This document shows positions 58,778-64,000 of a stretch of 64,000 nucleotides of DNA, piece after piece. Under the pieces are notes generated by a model. The model worked only from the letters and a program-made list of their open reading frames with translations, was not told the origin of the DNA and made no database searches. A program made the translations under genes and the position numbers. Position 1 is the stretch's first letter. Every line of letters begins with the position of its first letter. Source of the DNA: a virus; IMG/VR virus record IMGVR_UViG_3300025888_000011, positions 77,153-141,152 of that record, one strand, 5' to 3'.

Positions 58778-59961
58778 AGTCTAAAATGTGCCGACTAGGG
58801 TAGAAATATTCCTATGAAGAAACAAACCAATATCGGTAGAAGCTAAATTATAAAAATAAATCCAATACCTCAATAAAAACTTTAATATGTCACCAACATA
58901 AAAGTATAGAATATAGTAATATAAATATAATATAAAAAAGGAAGCGAAATTAATGAAAAATAAGTATGGTCAAATCTATATGATAACTAATAAAATAGAT
59001 GGGAAAGTCTACATAGGTAAAACCGTGGGTAGAGATGTTCTCAAAGATAGATATAATGGTAATTTACTATCAACGCATAATTTACATTTAAAAAATTCTA
59101 TTTTAAAATATGAAATACAGAATTTTGAGATTAGCACATTATGTTGGGCAAACTCAAATGAGGAATTAGGAAATAAAGAAAAAGAATATATTTTAAAATA
59201 TGATGCAATGAATGATAAAAAAGGATATAACATGCATGAGGGTGGACAAGGTGGAAGAATGAGTGCTGAAATTAATCTTATAATTGGAGAAAAATCAAAG
59301 GAGTTTTGGGATAGTCATTCTGAAAGAAAACTTGAACTTGCTAAAAGTATGGTTGGTGAAAATAATTTTCTTGTAAAGCTAGGTGGTCATAACGATGAAA
59401 CAAAATTAAAAATGAGTAATTCGAGAAAACAACTATTAAAAGACCATAAAGACATTTTAGATAAGTCATTGGAAGCTTGTAACACACCTCAAGCTATTAG
59501 AAATAGAGTAATATCACAAAGCAAATTTTGGAATATTCAATATGATTTAGGTATGAATGAATTAAATAGATTTCATACGATGAAGGATATGTATAATTTT
59601 ATGATTAAAAATAATATTGAGACAAATATAACTTATGGTGGATTTAAAAATAAGAGCAAACTGAATAAGGTGTTTGGTGAACACCAATATAAAGGATTTT
59701 ATTGGAGAAAAATTGGGAAATGATTTTTATAACAAGCTAGTACCGAGATAAAGCACATTATAATAGATGTGGCTCATCGTAACGCATAGAAGTTGAAACT
59801 GTGTTTTAATGCAGAACAAAATACTTCCACGAGTGGTTTGCACCTAAACAAGTAAAGTTGAAGGTGAAAATGTATGCTAGACTGGGTAGTATTGACCTAC
59901 CGATTAAAATGAGGGAAACCTCCAGAGCAGTAGATAAAAAGCTACTGGGTAATTACGTACG
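58778..59961 (+). mobile_element. Group I intron 4 carrying a GIY-YIG endonuclease
   Basis: P1 UCGGU/GCCGA; P7 AACGCATA (59781-88)/TATGCT (59873-78); terminal G59961; in-frame join DFG|AGIEEI. Confidence 0.92.
58953..59723 (+). CDS. Intron-encoded GIY-YIG homing endonuclease
   Basis: GQIYMITNKIDGKVYIGKT..R..E..GYN; NUMOD3-like HNDETKLKMS. Confidence 0.9.
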   Translation: MKNKYGQIYMITNKIDGKVYIGKTVGRDVLKDRYNGNLLSTHNLHLKNSILKYEIQNFEISTLCWANSNEELGNKEKEYILKYDAMNDKKGYNMHEGGQGGRMSAEINLIIGEKSKEFWDSHSERKLELAKSMVGENNFLVKLGGHNDETKLKMSNSRKQLLKDHKDILDKSLEACNTPQAIRNRVISQSKFWNIQYDLGMNELNRFHTMKDMYNFMIKNNIETNITYGGFKNKSKLNKVFGEHQYKGFYWRKIGK

Positions 59962-60061
59962 GCAGGTATAGAAGAAATAACTAAGGGAATTCAGGTAGTG
60001 GGAACAGTTTCGTCCCAAACAGCAAAACTTACCTCAGATGAAACAGAAGCAATGATTGGAG
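59962..60061 (+). CDS. Tape measure protein, ~100 nt exon 2 (not in ORF track)
   Basis: AGIEEITKGIQVVGTVSSQTAKLTSDETEAMIG between two introns. Confidence 0.85.
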
Positions 60062-60466
60062 TAACAAAAATAATTTAATAATTATAGCTCCCTTTGTCAA
60101 GTAATTGGCATAGCAAATAACACATATATGCAGGTAACTCCTAAAGCCTTACACTAAAACGGAATAGCGAATAGCTATATATGGAATGGTACGAAAGTAG
60201 AAAAAACGTAAGGATGATTAAATGGTTAAATCCTAATTAATCGTAAACAATGGATGTTCATGCAGGGAATTAGCGAATAGCTTTGCCCTCAACGACTATC
60301 TCGAAAGAGAGTAAAACCGTAAGCGATTGACGGAGGAAAAGTGTTACTCCTTATTTAATAAGGATGGTGAAATAGTCTCGACTCTATATGAGAGTATAGG
60401 AAGTTTATTATATTAAATTAATATAAAAGAACTGCTTGGATTTAGCAAATTTAGGTGAAGATTACG
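60062..60466 (+). ncRNA. Group I intron 5 (ORF-less, IA-like)
   Basis: P7 CAACGACTA (60290-98)/AAATAGTCT (60370-78); long blocks shared with intron 2; boundaries +/-1 nt. Confidence 0.87.
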
Positions 60467-63400
60467 CAATTGTAGAAAAAACTCGATTAGGTGGAGAAAC
60501 TGTCGGAAATGGTCTAAAAACCATAATGGCAAGAATCTACCAATCAAAAAGTATAGACCCAGATGTTTCTGATGAAGATATGTCTAAAATGTCAGCGATG
60601 CTTAGTAAATTAGGAATACAAGTTCGTGACACTACTGGTGCTTATAGACCTCTAAATGATATTTTGCAGGAAATAAGAACTAAACAAGAAGGACTTACTG
60701 ATTCCCAGAAAATGGCAATTAATACACAGGCATCTGGAATTCGCCAAGCTAATATTTTTGCGAATGCTCTTAGTACTGTAGAAAAAGCACAGACTCTAAG
60801 TAACGAGGCAACCAATTCAAACGGGGAACTACAAAATGCGAATAATAAGTACTTAGATACGGCTCAAGCAAAATGGAAAATATTGGGTTCTACTATGACG
60901 GCAATGTGGCAGAATTCAGTATCTTCAGATGGAATTAAAGGAATGATTGATGGATTAACAGGAATTGTAAAAGTTTTTGGTAATTTAAAAACTATAGCAA
61001 TGGCAGTTGTAACAACATTGTTACTTTTTAAAGGAGTGGGAATTCTTAGTTTTTTTACAGCACTTCCTGCAAAAATAATTGGAAGTATTACATCATTAAC
61101 ATTATATAGAAATATTTCTGCCACCGTACAAATGCAACAAGCAGGAATGATAACAACAAATCAAGCATTATCGTTCTCATTTAAAGCATTAGGTGTTTCA
61201 ATAAAAACAGCTTTTCTCTCTAATCCGCTAGGTTGGATAGCATTAGGAATTACTGCTATAGCTAGTGCCTTTTCCTTTGCTAGTTCTCAAGCTAAAAAAC
61301 TTCAAGAGAATAACGCAGAACTACTTACAACCTCTAAAGAAGCAACTAATGCCAATAATGAAAATTTAAAATACTTTCAAGAAGAGGGAAATTCATATGA
61401 CACATTAAAAGACAAAGTAACATTAACCACTGCAGAAAAACAAAAACTTCAAGAAATTCAGACCAAAATAGGAGAACAATTTCCTCAATTAATAAAGGGA
61501 TATGATGCTGAAGGAAAAGTTATTATTGATAAAACTAAAAACGTAAAAGATTTAGTTGAAGCTTTAAAAGAACAAAACACACAACAACAAAATATATTAT
61601 TAGCAAATGGGGGAGATGCTTTAAAAGGGTCTCAAAAAACAATCTCTAATAATAACGCTTCGAAAGTTGAAAATAATACAGAATTAAAAAAACTAGAAAC
61701 AGGAAATTATACTACTGGTCATAATGACGCACCTATATATGAATCAGAGAATATAACTGCCTATACTAAAAAAGTAGCAGACTTAACAAAACAACAAAAA
61801 GATGGGAAAAATGTAACAGATGAATTAGCAAAAGCAACGGCAACATTAAAAGACTTAGAATATAAACGTTCTGATATATTAAACGCTAATTCAGTATTAG
61901 AATCAAAAAATAAAGATGAAATGGCTAAAATAACTCCATATATTAGTGCTGTTATTAGTCAGTATGAAGGATTAAATGATGTTCAAAAGAAATTTGTTGA
62001 AAATAGTGTTGAATTAACTCCATCGGATTTAATGAAGTTTGGAGAAGGAGATTTTAGTGGATTAAGAACAGCAGTTAATGAACAAATTAAAAAACTTTCT
62101 AACTCTAAAGAAGTTGTAGACCTTGATAATTTAATTAAAATAGAAAACCCAAATCCTGCACAAATAAAGGAATATTTTGATTTAATATTTTCATTGGCGA
62201 AAAAAACTGGTAAAAATCCCATAGATTTATCAAAATTAATGCCACTACAAGGTGATTCAACAGAAATAGAAAAACAATTAAAAATTTATCTTGATGAAGT
62301 TAATTCTAAAATGAAAAAAGAAAAAGACAGTAATAAAATAAAAGCGTTAAAAACACAAGCAGATACAATAAATAATATGATTATTGCAGTACATGTTGAA
62401 GCAACAGAGGTTGATGATGCACAAGTTAAATTGGATAAACTAGCAACTGCTATAAAAGCTTTAACAACAACTTTTGACACATCTATGGATTCAATATCTT
62501 CTTATAATAAACTTATTTCACAATTCGATGAAGATGGTAGTTTTTCTGCTGAATCTATAAAGGAAATAATTGACAGTCATCAAGAATTAGCTGGGTATTT
62601 AGGCGATGAACCACTTCTCTATAATAAAATAAGTGAAGCAATGAATGCTTCGAAAAATACCGCAAATAAAGCTTATGCAGAAATGATGGCTTCTAATGAA
62701 GCTTACTATACCTCAAATATTAAAGGAACAGACATAATTAAAAAAGCATTAGGCTCTTATTATGATGAATTATCAGTAGACCAAAAAAATGATTTAGAAA
62801 ATTCTAAAACACTGGCAGAAAGTAAATTAATTGTTGAAAAATCACTCATTTCAAGATTAGCCTCAGCTTGGGATGCTTATAATAAAGCTGTTAGTGATGT
62901 CCTAAGTAAACATACTGAGTTAGCAACAAGGGCAGAGGGAAATGAAGCAGGAGATGAGCACACTGATGCTCTTTTAAGTCGGCTAGTTGGAAACAATAAA
63001 GCAGTGCAAGATGCCTACACTTCGGCACAAAGTATACAGTCTCAAATTGATAAAATCGATACTTCTTTTAGCAATATTACTGCCAACATAAAAGCTCCAA
63101 ACATTGATTCTTATGGTGCCTCTGTGGAAAAAGCAACTGATTCAACTAATAAGCTTACTGAGGCAGATAAAGCTTTAACTCAAGCCAATAAAGATTTAGC
63201 ACAAGCTACAAAACAATCAAAAAACGCAACAGATGATTATGATAATGCTATGAAATCTTTATCTGTACAAATGAAATTACTTGATTCGAGTCAATCTAAA
63301 CTTGAGGAACATTCTAAAGCTTACCGAGATGGAATTGAAAAGAAAATAACATTGTTAAAACAAGAATTAGATATAACTAAAAAATCTATGGTTGTGAATC

Positions 63401-64000
63401 AAGCTAATGCCAAAATATTACAATCACTTGAAGGTACTGCAAATATAGCTAGTGCTAATTCTGTATCTTCTAAAGCAGGACAAGACGTAGTAGCCGAAGC
63501 AAAGAAATATCTTGGAACTCCTTACGTATGGGGAGGTTCTAATACAAATGGTTTTGATTGTAGTGGGTTGGTACAATATGTATATAAACAACTTGGAGTA
63601 GATATAGGAAGAACAACATATGACCAAGTTAAACAAGGTACATCGGTAGCTAAAAAGGATTTACAAGCAGGTGATATTGTATTTTTTGGAGACGCATCAA
63701 GCCCTCATCATGAAGGAATGTATATTGGTGATGGTAAGTTTATTCAAGCACCAAAAACAGGTGATGTTGTTAAAATATCACAATTAAATAGCAGAAGTGA
63801 TTATGCAGGAGCTAGACGTATTTTAAGTGGTGGCTCTTCGGCAAGCAAATCTTCTACATCATCAAGTTCTTCAAGTAGTGGTTCATATGCAGGAGGATAT
63901 GCAAATGGTAAATATAAAGATTGGATAAATCAAGCAGGAGCAAAATATGGAATTGACCCAAATATAATTGCAGGAATTATTCAAACCGAATCAAGTTTTG
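60467..64000 (+). CDS. Tape measure protein, exon 3 (partial) with NlpC/P60 and start of lytic transglycosylase domain
   Basis: IVEKTRLGGETVGNGLKTIMAR TMP motif; LGTPYVWGG..GFDCSGLVQY..HHEGMYIG in the same frame (~63480-63830); KYGIDPNIIAGIIQTESSF at the window end; frame spot-checked only. Confidence 0.88.

Noticed and set aside
60061-60465. Group II interpretation of intron 5 (GT...AC ends)
   Set aside because: No GUGYG start or domain V; clear group I P4/P7 elements
1742-63636. Minus-strand and small overlapping ORFs in the track
   Set aside because: They are shadows of + strand genes, with no RBS or recognisable motifs
1-64000. CRISPR array, tRNA or rRNA genes, integrase or IS transposase
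   Set aside because: No regularly spaced repeats, cloverleaf or recombinase/transposase motifs seen by eye

Overview
AT-rich, Firmicutes-style (probably clostridial) large siphophage or prophage virion module with SPbeta-like gene order; every real gene is on the + strand. Order: terminase large subunit, portal, protease/scaffold, decoration protein, major capsid, head-tail genes, putative tail tube; a ~28 kb locus of modular, partly duplicated virion appendage/adhesin genes (Ig-like, LamG-like, glycine-rich, fibrinogen-like, DNRLRE); a ~12 kb accessory island (regulators, PIN toxin-antitoxin, BRO, FxLYD moron, nucleases); then a tape measure gene with NlpC/P60 and lytic transglycosylase domains running off the right end. 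Five group I introns interrupt four structural genes (terL Walker B, tail tube, a tail-region gene, tape measure twice). Three share a GCAUA/UAUGC P7 and splice canonically; two related ones appear to need a non-canonical 5' splice site. Seven free-standing putative homing endonucleases sit in recurring cassettes with a shared anti-Shine-Dalgarno leader RNA and small partner ORFs. A TAATATAAA(A) motif occurs about 25 times in non-coding DNA. All calls come from reading the sequence; no searches were run.
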